Part shown: positions 44,528 to 54,478 of the stretch, in pieces
Position numbering within the stretch: position 1 is the first letter of the stretch
Layout of the letters: every line of letters begins with the position of its first letter
From: a virus
Lineage: Duplodnaviria > Caudoviricetes
DNA length: 57,508 nucleotides
Direction: 5' to 3' (one strand)
Virus record (IMG/VR): IMGVR_UViG_3300020034_000016
Span: 1-57,508 of that record
Made by a program: the position numbers and the translations under genes
The notes under the pieces: model-generated
Databases searched by the model: none
What the model was told of the DNA's origin: nothing
What the model saw: only the letters and a program-made list of their open reading frames with translations

Positions 44528-45983
44528 ACAACAGCAAGCCGGAGAGAACGACGCATTAACCGCCGAGGAATTTGAAGCCCTATTCTTTAAAATATTTGAA
44601 GAAGGAATGAGGCTTGGTATAGCCTTCCCGGTGATGCCGAATAATAAAATAGTTGGGCAGTATTTTGAATCAAAGTTAAAAGCCATGTATGAAGACCTCG
44701 GCATGACTTCGCCTGACAGAACGGGCGTCGGGAAAAAACTGTACGATGACCTATACAAAGGTGAAATAGAAGAAAGTCAACGGCCAACGTACAAAGCTGA
44801 AGACTTAAATTTTCCATTGCTCACCCCCGCTCCCCAAGACACGGAGACCGGAGAGACCAGCGATCCTTTCATACAAAAGCACTTGGCGATCATCATGGAG
44901 AAGACGCGCGAATGTATGATTGAAATGCACATACAGCAGAACAGGGAATTTCTACGCCCATCCATTCAAAACTTTCTGGAGGGCGGTAATGTGAACGGAC
45001 AATTTCGCATCGCGGTAATGAAAATGATGAACAAAACCGTTGCAATCTCGGCAATCCATTGTCAATGCAAACCAGACGACAAGCACGGAACTACGGGCAT
45101 TGACTGCTGCAATCATTGCGGGCTGCCCGATGAGTCATGGTGGCGAAACGGCCCAATAGCACCGCCAAAAGTGGACACGGGCCGCAATTCTAAACATTTA
45201 GATGCGGGGGAAATAGAAGACATGCTGATGTTTTTTGTTGAACAAGGCTTATGCGGTCAAGGCGATGGATCTGATCATAAAGACGACGATGAGACATCGA
45301 GAAATATAGAGGCTTCAAAAAGAGTAAGCAAAGCGTTGGAGATACTTATTGAAGGAGTTCCCGTTCGGGACACGAAGACGATAGAAGCGAAGGCGAAAAA
45401 GTGGAAGCCAGGAATAAGAGAACACACGCTAATGTTCTTGGCCTACATTAATGACAACTATTCGAAGATTACTTCCAACGGTTACCGTGCCAAGTGCGAC
45501 GCAAATGATAGAATGGCAAGAATGTACACCGATTCCGAACTGTATGCCGACTATTCACAAACAGAGGAAGCCATTGAAAGCCTCGCCGGTCACAGTGAAG
45601 CGGAGAAAGAAGCGGTGACGCTTGAGGTATTCAATTACGAACATAAGCTAAGAAAATATTGGGAGGATAAAGCCAGAGAACTGCAATATACTATTAATCA
45701 TCCCGAATCCGTCCAATCCAGTAGCGCCCCACAAGCCGTGGAAGCTAAGGCGAAAAAATTCGCCGATTCGTTGGGATGGAATGATGAAGGGACGGCTGAA
45801 AATGTCGATGTACGTAGGGCCTACCTCGCCGGTCACACCGAAGGGGAGAAAGGGGCGGTAGCGTTCGCAGAGAAGGTTGTCTTATGGTTAGGAAATACGA
45901 CGAAAGTTCTAAATGAATGGATGAGATACAAATTGACCGCGCCACAGGTTATCGCCCGATTTCAGGAGCATCTTAAACAATAA
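44520..45983 (+). CDS. Mosaic hypothetical protein with internal repeats
   Basis: EAKAKK...LAGH(S/T)E(A/G)EK(E/G)AV occurs twice; Cys cluster CQC..CCNHC. Confidence 0.65.
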   Translation: MSKQQQAGENDALTAEEFEALFFKIFEEGMRLGIAFPVMPNNKIVGQYFESKLKAMYEDLGMTSPDRTGVGKKLYDDLYKGEIEESQRPTYKAEDLNFPLLTPAPQDTETGETSDPFIQKHLAIIMEKTRECMIEMHIQQNREFLRPSIQNFLEGGNVNGQFRIAVMKMMNKTVAISAIHCQCKPDDKHGTTGIDCCNHCGLPDESWWRNGPIAPPKVDTGRNSKHLDAGEIEDMLMFFVEQGLCGQGDGSDHKDDDETSRNIEASKRVSKALEILIEGVPVRDTKTIEAKAKKWKPGIREHTLMFLAYINDNYSKITSNGYRAKCDANDRMARMYTDSELYADYSQTEEAIESLAGHSEAEKEAVTLEVFNYEHKLRKYWEDKARELQYTINHPESVQSSSAPQAVEAKAKKFADSLGWNDEGTAENVDVRRAYLAGHTEGEKGAVAFAEKVVLWLGNTTKVLNEWMRYKLTAPQVIARFQEHLKQ

Positions 45984-45990
45984 TCAACCC

Positions 45991-46395
45991 ATGATCACAG
46001 CAGAAGGATATTCCAAGGACCCAAACCTGGTGCCCGAAGCTGTAGTGGTAACCTTCGGTCGCGAAATGATGGACGAGCAGGGCGGACCCCTTCAGTTTCT
46101 TCGTTTCTTCGAATCCTGGATGGATGGCGGGGAAGGAAACTACTGGCTTCATAAGTGCAAGAACAGGCCACAGGCAGACATCATTCATGTATATGTGATC
46201 GTCATGAACCGGCTTTACTGTAGGTGTTATTTTGGTGGGTATGAGAAAGGGAAGATGGTAGGATCCACCGCGGACGGCCGCAATAAGGAATTCGACTGGC
46301 CACGGTTGATCCTCTCCGGGCCCATTGAAAAGCCACGCTTCAAAAGGACGCTGAAAGGGTTTCAAGGATTCCGGTATGCGACGTCGCTGTTTTAA
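45991..46395 (+). CDS. Hypothetical protein
   Basis: 134-aa ORF ending KGFQGFRY. Confidence 0.65.
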   Translation: MITAEGYSKDPNLVPEAVVVTFGREMMDEQGGPLQFLRFFESWMDGGEGNYWLHKCKNRPQADIIHVYVIVMNRLYCRCYFGGYEKGKMVGSTADGRNKEFDWPRLILSGPIEKPRFKRTLKGFQGFRYATSLF

Positions 46396-46439
46396 TAGGA
46401 TTGAAGCCTCCCACTTTCTCCCACCGGCGAGAGTGAAAT

Positions 46440-46490
46440 GATACATTATGTCATAAATGAGCTACATTTGATGTGACACTATATGTCATT
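46440..46490 (+). promoter_or_regulatory. Promoter region of the methylase-terminase operon with GATACATTATGTCA motif
   Basis: Motif at 46440-53, -7 box TACATTTG at 46463-70, second degenerate copy GACACTATATGTCA. Confidence 0.65.
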
Positions 46491-46495
46491 TACGT

Positions 46496-47989
46496 ATGGA
46501 CGTGACACAAGAGAAGCCCCTCCTCCACTCCCGGGTCATCAAAACAGCACCAGCCAATTGGCGGAATTTCCATTTTATTCAACAAGAAGACTTCAAGGAA
46601 TTGGCACCGGATGCGCATGCAAAGCTCAAAGCATCGATCCTCGGTAATCAGTTCACCCAGCCATTCTATGTGTGGGAAATCAACGAAAACCCCAACCCCG
46701 CGAAATACAAAAGCAAAGAACGGGTGAAGGTGCAGTATTGTCTCGATGGGAAGCATCGGATCAAGATACTCGAGGAATTGATCCAAGAGGGATATGACGT
46801 ACCTGAAAAATTGTCGGCCACATTCATCAAATGCAGGAATAAGAAGGAGGCCGCAAGGCTTGTGCTGATCTATTCCTCGATGTATGCCAAGATCACCCAG
46901 ACCGGTCTTCATGACTTCCTGGAGAGCTATGAATTAGCCTTTAATGATCTGATTAATGAGATGGATCTTCCTGGCTTCTCGACGGTCCGGTTTGAGCAGT
47001 CGTATGACATTCACAAGATCATCGATGAGGAGGAGTACCTCGTTGAGGTCCCGGAAGTGGCCAGTGTAATCGTTCGGCCTGGCGATCTATTTCAGTTGGG
47101 TGATCACCGGTTGATCTGTGGCGACTTCCAGGATCCGCATATTCAAAACTCTTTGATGGGCAAAGAGAAGTGCCGGATAATTATCACTGACCCACCGTAC
47201 AACCTTCCAGCGAGTCTATACAGCCATCGGGTGGAGCACGAGAATTTCGCCATGGCAGCCGGCGAGATGAGCGATCTTGAGTTTGTCGCCTTCCTGGAGT
47301 CGATCATGCGTACCTCGGTATTGCATAGCATGCCTGGTGCGATCCATTACATATTCATGGACTGGCGCCATCACTGGCACATGGGAGAGGCTGGTCGCCG
47401 GGTGTACGGTAGCCCTATTCCGAAGCAACTATGCGTGTGGGTAAAGGATCGAATGGCCAACGGGTCCTTTTATCGATCCAAGCAGGAGCTTTGTTTTGTC
47501 TTTACCAACGCCGGTGATAAACATCTTTGGAATGAGGACCTCCTGGATCAGGGCGGCTTCTACAAAGACAATGATGAGCTCGTTTTCATCTTCAAGAATG
47601 GCGAGGGTGCAAAACATCTGTCTCACTTAGAACTGATCGACCGGATCCGGACAAACGTCTGGAATTATCCATCTGCCACGAGCGGAGGTAATCCCGATCG
47701 CCAGGAGCTGAACAATCATCCGACTCCGAAAACAGTCCGAATGATCGCCGACGCGATTCTAGACACATCGAATCCGGCAGATCTGGTTGGCGACTGGTTT
47801 GTGGGTAGCGGAACAACGATCATTGCTGCCGACAAAACCGGCCGCAGGTGCTATGCTTCGGAGCTGGAACCGCAGTATGTCCAGTCCACTATTCTGCGCT
47901 ACATCAAGTATTGCATGAAGAATGACATCCCGTGTAAGATTACCCATCACACCGGGAATCTGTCGCTTTCCGACTTCAACCCGTGTTAA
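46496..47989 (+). CDS. ParB-like N-terminus fused to an N6/N4 DNA methyltransferase
   Basis: LDGKHR; GDHRLICGD, TDPPY, NVW, HPTPK, DWFVGSGTT. Confidence 0.9.
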   Translation: MDVTQEKPLLHSRVIKTAPANWRNFHFIQQEDFKELAPDAHAKLKASILGNQFTQPFYVWEINENPNPAKYKSKERVKVQYCLDGKHRIKILEELIQEGYDVPEKLSATFIKCRNKKEAARLVLIYSSMYAKITQTGLHDFLESYELAFNDLINEMDLPGFSTVRFEQSYDIHKIIDEEEYLVEVPEVASVIVRPGDLFQLGDHRLICGDFQDPHIQNSLMGKEKCRIIITDPPYNLPASLYSHRVEHENFAMAAGEMSDLEFVAFLESIMRTSVLHSMPGAIHYIFMDWRHHWHMGEAGRRVYGSPIPKQLCVWVKDRMANGSFYRSKQELCFVFTNAGDKHLWNEDLLDQGGFYKDNDELVFIFKNGEGAKHLSHLELIDRIRTNVWNYPSATSGGNPDRQELNNHPTPKTVRMIADAILDTSNPADLVGDWFVGSGTTIIAADKTGRRCYASELEPQYVQSTILRYIKYCMKNDIPCKITHHTGNLSLSDFNPC

Positions 47990-48021
47990 TAACGTTGTAT
48001 TTATAAATCTGAACTATTATA

Positions 48022-48348
48022 TTGATGGCTACAATTCAAGCCATCATGGAAAAAACCACCGAAGTGAAAAAGATCATTCAGTATCTCGACGGGAAGACGG
48101 CCAGCCTGCGCAGCAAGATCGAGGCTTACAACTCTCCCATCATGCAAGCTATCATCAAGGATAATATCCACCTGCAGTATGACTATACTCGCCTTCAGTC
48201 ACAATTGGAGGCCTATGAGGATATCTTGCTGGCCATCACACAATTTACGAGTGGGGAGGAAACGCCGAAAGTTCCCAAAGTAAAAGCGGCAGTCCCCCAA
48301 AAAAATAATGTGAAACCGAACAACGATGAGAAAGCCGAAAAGCGGTGA
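48022..48348 (+). CDS. Hypothetical coiled-coil protein
   Basis: ORF in operon; start uncertain. Confidence 0.5.
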   Translation: MMATIQAIMEKTTEVKKIIQYLDGKTASLRSKIEAYNSPIMQAIIKDNIHLQYDYTRLQSQLEAYEDILLAITQFTSGEETPKVPKVKAAVPQKNNVKPNNDEKAEKR

Positions 48349-48754
48349 CCTGGAGAAGGAGAAGCGCCTGCGAATGGTCCAGGAGTGGATACTGCAGGAT
48401 CACATCACCACGGATATCATATCCCAATGCATCAACAGCTGGGATATCAGCGAGCGCCAGGCCATGCGTTACCTGGCCAGTGCGAAAATAGCCTTCGCCA
48501 AGATCACCGAAAAGAAGCTCGAGCACCGGTTAAACTATCATATCCAGCGCCGGAATAAGCTCCTCCGGGACCTCGATCCGAAGTACCGTAAATCGCCTCC
48601 AGGTATCAAGGTCCAACTGGACGTTCTTGAGGACATCGCCAAGCTGGAGCAGCTGTATAAGCTCAAGATCGAAGTTGGCGGACCTAAAGGTGCAGCAGCG
48701 ATCCAGACGGACAGTACACACAAGGTCATCTTTGAAAACTATGCAGCGAAGTAA
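48326..48754 (+). CDS. terS: Terminase small subunit (putative)
   Basis: HTH-like region WDISERQAMRYL; directly upstream of and coupled to terL. Confidence 0.65.
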   Translation: MRKPKSGDLEKEKRLRMVQEWILQDHITTDIISQCINSWDISERQAMRYLASAKIAFAKITEKKLEHRLNYHIQRRNKLLRDLDPKYRKSPPGIKVQLDVLEDIAKLEQLYKLKIEVGGPKGAAAIQTDSTHKVIFENYAAK

Positions 48755-50124
48755 TGCTGACCAACGCCTCCTTTCATTTCAACCATAAATACCAGCAGGT
48801 CTTCACCACAAAGGCGCGCTATATCCTCCTTTGGGGTGGCCGGGCGAGAGGCGGCTCCCACTTTGGCACCGATTACTTCCTTTATAAGATGACGCAGCCG
48901 GAGTACTTCCGCGGCGCCCTGATGCGCAGTATCTACGGTGATATCAAGGGCTCTCTGTGGCAGGACTGGAAGGATCGACTGGAGAGTTCCAGCTTCGACG
49001 ATTCTGAGTTCGACATCAATGAGCGCATGACGGCCACATACAAGAAGACCGGCAATGGCTTCCTCGCAAAGGGTTTCAAGAAGTCTTCGAGTAAACAGTC
49101 CGCGAAGTTGAAGTCGCTTGCGGGGATGACTCACATCCTGATTGAGGAAACGGAGGAAACCGAAGAAGATGATTTCGATAAGTTGGATGATAGTGTCCGG
49201 ACAAACAAGATCGAGGATATTCAAATTATGATGCTCTTCAATCAACCTGGCAAGAATCACTGGCTGATGAAAAGATTTTTTAATTTGATACCCTGGGACC
49301 CCAAGGAACATGGTGATTACAATCCTGATGCTGAGGGCTATTACATTGCCGTTCCGAAAGATAATCCTGATGTTTTGATTATCCATACCACCTACCTGGA
49401 CAATATCAAGAACCTGAATCCTAAGACGATCTCCAAGTACATCAATTACGGAAATCCAGACTCCCCGTTTTACAACCCGGAGAAGTATTATACTGATGTG
49501 CTGGGATTGGTAGCGGAGGGTGTGCGTGGTAGGATTTATAAGAAATTCAGACCGATAAGTCTGGAGTTCTTCAAGGCTCTTCCATATGAATCTTTCTACG
49601 GACTTGACTTTGGTTATTCGGATGACCCGGTAGCATTAGTCGAATTGAAAAATCACAACAATAGGAATTTTTGGAGGGAGAGGATCTATGAGTCAGGGTT
49701 GACCAATCCGGCACTTTCGGAAAAGATGACGGCCCAGGGCATCAGTAAGAAGTCAATCATCTATGCGGATAATGCTGAGCCAAAGAGTATACAGGAGCTG
49801 AGGGACCTAGGATGGAATGTCAAAGAAGCTGACAAAGGAACCGATTCGGTGAACTTTGGCATTAAACAGCTCATCAGCATGGACAATTATTATACCGATG
49901 AATCCAAGAATATTGAAATGGAGCTGCAGGAGTATAAATGGCACCTGGACGCCAACAAGGAACCAACTGACACACCAGTGGACAAAAAGAATCACGCGAT
50001 GGATGGCGGTAGGTATGGGATCACCACACACAAACAGCTGAAGCGGCGCAAGAAGTTCGTGACCTCTAATGGTGAAGTAGCCAGCGATGTACCGGCCAGG
50101 ATCAACCCGCTGGATTGGGCATAG
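48754..50124 (+). CDS. terL: Terminase large subunit (PBSX-like)
   Basis: WGGRARGGS, KLKSL, IEE, FNQP, TTYLDN, YGLDFG, ADNAEPKSI, DKKNHAMDG. Confidence 0.93.
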   Translation: MLTNASFHFNHKYQQVFTTKARYILLWGGRARGGSHFGTDYFLYKMTQPEYFRGALMRSIYGDIKGSLWQDWKDRLESSSFDDSEFDINERMTATYKKTGNGFLAKGFKKSSSKQSAKLKSLAGMTHILIEETEETEEDDFDKLDDSVRTNKIEDIQIMMLFNQPGKNHWLMKRFFNLIPWDPKEHGDYNPDAEGYYIAVPKDNPDVLIIHTTYLDNIKNLNPKTISKYINYGNPDSPFYNPEKYYTDVLGLVAEGVRGRIYKKFRPISLEFFKALPYESFYGLDFGYSDDPVALVELKNHNNRNFWRERIYESGLTNPALSEKMTAQGISKKSIIYADNAEPKSIQELRDLGWNVKEADKGTDSVNFGIKQLISMDNYYTDESKNIEMELQEYKWHLDANKEPTDTPVDKKNHAMDGGRYGITTHKQLKRRKKFVTSNGEVASDVPARINPLDWA

Positions 50125-50778
50125 AATATTTTTTGACTTAGTTTGTAAAAATACTGACGCCTTTCGCCAAACTAAGTCGATTTTTAGACTGTAGATCAGA
50201 AATCAATATTTTAGCAGCTTGTTGGACTGTCGGCGAGTTCTCACCATTATCTCACATACTGGTGAACAAATTTCGATCACTAATGATTGCTGTAGTAACA
50301 GAGCGAATTTCATAAGTGATTGACTATAATCAATATTGAATAAAAATGATCAATTTCATTTATAATGAGGTAGAATGCAGCAGTTTGAAAAAGTAAATGC
50401 ACAGGTTCATACGGAAATATATATATCCACACACTGTGAAGAAGTGACACCGGGAACTTCTTCTTTTTCCAATTACATTCGTCGTATGCCAAAAGAAAAA
50501 GAGACCTGGCAGGGTCTCTTAAATTCGATTCTTTGTTGGCTTAATAGGCGCAGTCGGAGAAGTCGCACCTTGATTTACTCCTTCTGAATCTGGCCCTCGC
50601 AATACCTAAAAACTGGATATCCAATTCAGGAATATGGAAGCGGGGGTTTTCTTTTTCAAACAGTTTGTCGCTATTTGATTTCGGTTTAAAAATAACACAT
50701 CGTACGTTACGGCGGTGCACGGCAGCCGCATATTTATTCAGACCGTGTTGATAACGTACGACAAAGCCGTACGGCAAT

Positions 50779-50809
50779 AAAAAGTCCCACGATTGCCGTG
50801 GGACTTTTT
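50779..50809. terminator. Bidirectional terminator
   Basis: AAAAAGTCCCACG-ATTGC-CGTGGGACTTTTT. Confidence 0.75.
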
Positions 50810-50846
50810 CCTTTGATTTTTAGCCAATTCTACCGGTTTGCTGGTT

Positions 50847-51167
50847 TTACGCACCATGTATGTCCCGCGATCGAAATAAATGGTGTTTGACTCTTTTAGT
50901 GGGGCCGGGGGTTTTTGCCTGGATTTCAGGCTTTACTCCAATCGACAACGAATAGACTGATTCGAGGTGTTTATGGAATACCGCCGGTACCTCGAGTACC
51001 GAAGCGTCATTCACAAAAACGCCCAGTTCCATGGATGCATTGCATTCCGCCTTTTTGAGGACGGCGCCAGCATCTTTGTCTTTCGTTACTCTGTCAGGAG
51101 TACCGTGAGCACCCACCACAACAAGAGAAAATGCCAGGAGCAGAATTACCGCAATGGATTTACGCAT
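50847..51167 (-). CDS. Small exported protein (moron), antisense to late genes
   Basis: Signal peptide MRKSIAVILLLAFSLVVVGAHG; followed by a terminator. Confidence 0.65.
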   Translation of the reverse strand: MRKSIAVILLLAFSLVVVGAHGTPDRVTKDKDAGAVLKKAECNASMELGVFVNDASVLEVPAVFHKHLESVYSLSIGVKPEIQAKTPGPTKRVKHHLFRSRDIHGA

Positions 51168-51221
51168 GACGTGATGATTTTGGGTGAAAAAATATTACTT
51201 GAAATTAAAAGTACGTGAAAG

Positions 51222-51255
51222 GATACATTATGTCTCTTTAAATGACATAGATTTG
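51222..51255 (+). promoter_or_regulatory. Promoter region of the tail operon with GATACATTATGTC motif
   Basis: Motif at 51222-34, TGACAT half-site, -7-like TAGATTTG at 51248-55. Confidence 0.6.
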
Positions 51256-51257
51256 AA

Positions 51258-51830
51258 ATGAAATTTATGTCTATGAGTCAAATCCAAAAAGCTACCGAGA
51301 TCATCGAGAAGGCAAAAAAAGAGGTAAACGCCGTGCTAAAAGATTCCCAGTTCTTTCATGCGCAGCTCGAAATCAACGCCCTCTTCGATAAAATATTGGT
51401 TCGATTCCAGCACATGGGTGGCCTTCTTAAAGGCGACGACACAGGAATACACTCCTTCCCACCCATTACATCGTTCATGGGTGAATTGCTGACGCCGGTA
51501 AAGATGATCGAAAGCAAGGACCTCAATCCCACACAACATGCAAAGGCCGTGTACCTGCAAAAGGTAGAACGTTTGTATACCGAGCTTCCTACTATCTCTC
51601 CAGAAGGGCTGCTCAACAGCTATACGCTGCCTGAAGATATTCTGGTTCTGCGTGGTGTTGCCAAGCGAGCCGGGGTCGATGAATTCGAGACCGCGGAGTT
51701 AACGACCGCGTTCGTCGAGGACATTATCACGGCTATTCAGCGAAAAGCCAAAGACGAGAAAGCTCAGAAAAAAATAGATGATGAGCTGTCCAAACAGGAT
51801 CCACGAAAAACCAAGGGCGTCAAGGAATGA
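51258..51830 (+). CDS. Hypothetical late protein
   Basis: First gene of the rightward structural operon; start may be a downstream Met. Confidence 0.65.
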   Translation: MKFMSMSQIQKATEIIEKAKKEVNAVLKDSQFFHAQLEINALFDKILVRFQHMGGLLKGDDTGIHSFPPITSFMGELLTPVKMIESKDLNPTQHAKAVYLQKVERLYTELPTISPEGLLNSYTLPEDILVLRGVAKRAGVDEFETAELTTAFVEDIITAIQRKAKDEKAQKKIDDELSKQDPRKTKGVKE

Positions 51831-52510
51831 GGATCCTCATCAACGATAAGGAAGTTGTATTCCCATCCTCGCTGTCAGAGATTACCCTGGGGCAGCGTAT
51901 CGCATTCCAGCAGCAGCATGGTAATGATCTGGACAAGATGGCCAAATCCATCATGGAGATGAAAGAAGGGCCGTTGCAGGACCTTGAGGTGATGGAGTTC
52001 AACTTTGAAAAGATGTTTCGCACATTCGCCTTCTTTGCCGGCACCACCGTAGAGGCAATCAAGGAAAGCAAGTTCATCGATGATGTAGCAAGCATTTACT
52101 ACTCCTGCCTGGCAGTCCTCTTCGATGAGGAGGCAGCGCTTGATTATCAAACAGAGTTTATCTGGGAAGGCGAGACCTGGGTACTAGGCTCTGCCGAGCT
52201 CAATCAGGCCAGTAAAAAGAAGTTCGCGGAATTTGTCGATGCCAAGCAGATCGTCAAGGACCTGGTACACCTCGGCCAGAGTAAATGGGAATACATGCTT
52301 CCACTCTGTGCCATCTATCTGCGTCGCAAGGACGAGCCTTATTCTGAGGACTTGGTGTATGAAGGATCGGACCGCCAGGAGCTGATGAAATCCCTACCCA
52401 TGAATATCGCCATGCAGGTAGGTTTTTTTTTGACCGCTTCAATGAATATATCAATGAACATTTTGAAGTTTTCTGGAAGTCCAGAGCCAAAGGCAGCGGT
52501 AAGCATGTAA
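51827..52510 (+). CDS. Putative tail assembly chaperone (G-like)
   Basis: Acidic helical protein with a T9 slippery run near its end. Confidence 0.6.
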   Translation: MRILINDKEVVFPSSLSEITLGQRIAFQQQHGNDLDKMAKSIMEMKEGPLQDLEVMEFNFEKMFRTFAFFAGTTVEAIKESKFIDDVASIYYSCLAVLFDEEAALDYQTEFIWEGETWVLGSAELNQASKKKFAEFVDAKQIVKDLVHLGQSKWEYMLPLCAIYLRRKDEPYSEDLVYEGSDRQELMKSLPMNIAMQVGFFLTASMNISMNILKFSGSPEPKAAVSM

Positions 52511-52719
52511 AGGACCATTTCGACCGGTATGGATGGATCAACTTTCTAAAAACCATTGCCGCAACAAAGGTCTTCGATATCGCGGCAAGTGGAATGAACA
52601 GCATCGAATGCGCGAGGGATGCCAAGTTGTTTGATGTCCTGATATATGCTTCCGAGGATAAGAGCCTGAGTGAAGCCCAGGCTCTGGATTACGAGGTGGA
52701 GCAGAGAAAGTATAAATAG
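52432..52719 (+). CDS. -1 frame extension of the chaperone (GT-like product)
   Basis: Open -1 frame DRFNEYINEHF...YGWINFLKTIA...EQRKYK* right after the T9 run; fills the gap to the next gene. Confidence 0.7.
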   Translation, partial: DRFNEYINEHFEVFWKSRAKGSGKHVKDHFDRYGWINFLKTIAATKVFDIAASGMNSIECARDAKLFDVLIYASEDKSLSEAQALDYEVEQRKYK

Positions 52720-52726
52720 TAAACCG

Positions 52727-52960
52727 ATGGATATACACTTTTGGATCGGGCCGGAGAAGAAGCCATACATCGATATCCACCTGACGGTGGCGGGCATTGT
52801 CGGTATCATCGTCATCTGGATACTGCTCAGTTTTGCGGAAGGAAAGTATAAGGAGTATAAGCGGGAACGAGCTGAGAGGAAAGGAAAAATCTTTAGGTAT
52901 GAAAAGCCATTTCCAAGAATGAGGAATCCCGTTGAGCAATCCGGAAGACGACACTCATGA
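52727..52960 (+). CDS. Small membrane protein
   Basis: TM segment LTVAGIVGIIVIWILLSFA; start MDIHFW. Confidence 0.55.
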   Translation: MDIHFWIGPEKKPYIDIHLTVAGIVGIIVIWILLSFAEGKYKEYKRERAERKGKIFRYEKPFPRMRNPVEQSGRRHS

Positions 52961-53154
52961 GCGTACCATCCTTCAATACGATCATCCAATATTTCGTCAG
53001 CTTCTGGAAGCGGTTTGACGCCGGCGAGCTCGGCACCTTCCCGGATCCGGCAGACCCTGTTGATCTGGGCAACCCATTGACCCAGGATGAGATTGACTTC
53101 GTGAAGCGATTGAAGAAGGAGATGGAGGAACGCTTCACTGGCGGAGACACTTAA
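52957..53154 (+). CDS. Hypothetical protein
   Basis: Coupled 65-aa ORF. Confidence 0.55.
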   Translation: MSVPSFNTIIQYFVSFWKRFDAGELGTFPDPADPVDLGNPLTQDEIDFVKRLKKEMEERFTGGDT

Positions 53155-53168
53155 AACACGGATTATAT

Positions 53169-53648
53169 ATGCAACAAATGAATCAACAAATCGCGCTCGC
53201 TAAAATCGCGCAAGAGAAAAACAGGATCATGGCCGATCGGCTCGGGAGAGAGTTGGATGAGCGATTTTTCCCTAACGATAAACTAACCGATCTGTGGAGG
53301 GATAGTGTGGCCCTGGCCATTGCTAAGTCCGCCCCCATTTCCCACAGACTTTCCCTGTTGGAATACGCAAAGGTTGTTGCCAGTGATCCGCAAGAGAACC
53401 AGAGTATCACCCTATTTCAATTCGCGGTGCTCACCAATGCCCTGGAAACGGTATCGCGCAATGATCTTGGCCTGACTGGATCGGAGTACGGAGATTTTAT
53501 TGGACACGTCGCAGAGCTGCAGCATATCTATGAAAAGGCTCTCCAGTCTATCAAGGATGATATCATGGTTAAGGTGGAAGAGGAATTCAAGGCAAAGGAT
53601 ACAGCAAACGGGAGCGCGATGATGCAAGCGGTAAAAGACGAGGAATGA
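53169..53648 (+). CDS. Hypothetical protein
   Basis: 159-aa helical ORF. Confidence 0.6.
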   Translation: MQQMNQQIALAKIAQEKNRIMADRLGRELDERFFPNDKLTDLWRDSVALAIAKSAPISHRLSLLEYAKVVASDPQENQSITLFQFAVLTNALETVSRNDLGLTGSEYGDFIGHVAELQHIYEKALQSIKDDIMVKVEEEFKAKDTANGSAMMQAVKDEE

Positions 53649-54265
53649 TCAGCTATCCTTACATACAGGAGTTATTCACCAACGTACTGTCGAAGTCCAA
53701 AGCAATTGGCGGCCGCTTCTTTGTTTCTGCCAAGCAGGGTCGGGAAATCAATAACGATGACCTCGAGCAGGCGATCACTGATGAGTTCGCTGGAAAGACT
53801 GGCGCCAAGTACCCGCTCGCATTTATGATGCCGCCCAGAAGCTTCGGCAGCTTCACAGATCCCGCCGGCGAGTGGGAACGGTTCCAACTTATCCTTTTCT
53901 TTCTGAAGACGACCTATGTCAGCGGATCTGGACAGACGCAGTCTCCGAATCCTGCGACGAGAACATCGACGCACACAGTGGTACAGGACTGGCACGATAT
54001 GAAGCGCTGCGCCGTGAATTTCGTTGGTGTATTAAACCAACTGCAGCGATCCCGTGGCACGATCAACACCACGTTCCGTTTGAACCAGGAATACGAGCGC
54101 ACGATACAACCGGTGTCATTTATAGGGGTAGATCGGCTATCTGGCGTGCGCCTGGATCTTGTTGTCAATTTGTTCAACGGGTGTGTCCTCGAGGATTACA
54201 CCCCGCAAGATATTACGGCCATTACATTACCGGCAGGGGATAGTCATCCAGAACACCAGATGTAG
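53645..54265 (+). CDS. Putative tail terminator/completion protein
   Basis: Size, context and KYPLAF...DRLSGVRLDL pattern. Confidence 0.5.
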   Translation: MISYPYIQELFTNVLSKSKAIGGRFFVSAKQGREINNDDLEQAITDEFAGKTGAKYPLAFMMPPRSFGSFTDPAGEWERFQLILFFLKTTYVSGSGQTQSPNPATRTSTHTVVQDWHDMKRCAVNFVGVLNQLQRSRGTINTTFRLNQEYERTIQPVSFIGVDRLSGVRLDLVVNLFNGCVLEDYTPQDITAITLPAGDSHPEHQM

Positions 54266-54478
54266 TGGTCAATCCAATCATGGGGCCTGCAAGTAACAAT
54301 TCCTGGCGGCCTCCAGGAAAGACGGCATCGCATCTTAATGTAACGGATCCCATAAAAGTTGAGCGTGTAGATGGTTTGTTACATATAGCTAAACCGGGGG
54401 CAGGCGGCAACGTCATTACCGGAATGCATGCGCAAGGGCTGGCAGCTTGGAAAGACAGCAAATTTAAAAATTAGCAAT

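Noticed and set aside
50310-50777. Short ORFs in the post-terminase gap
   Set aside because: They overlap on opposite strands, have weak starts and no recognisable motifs, so they were not called.
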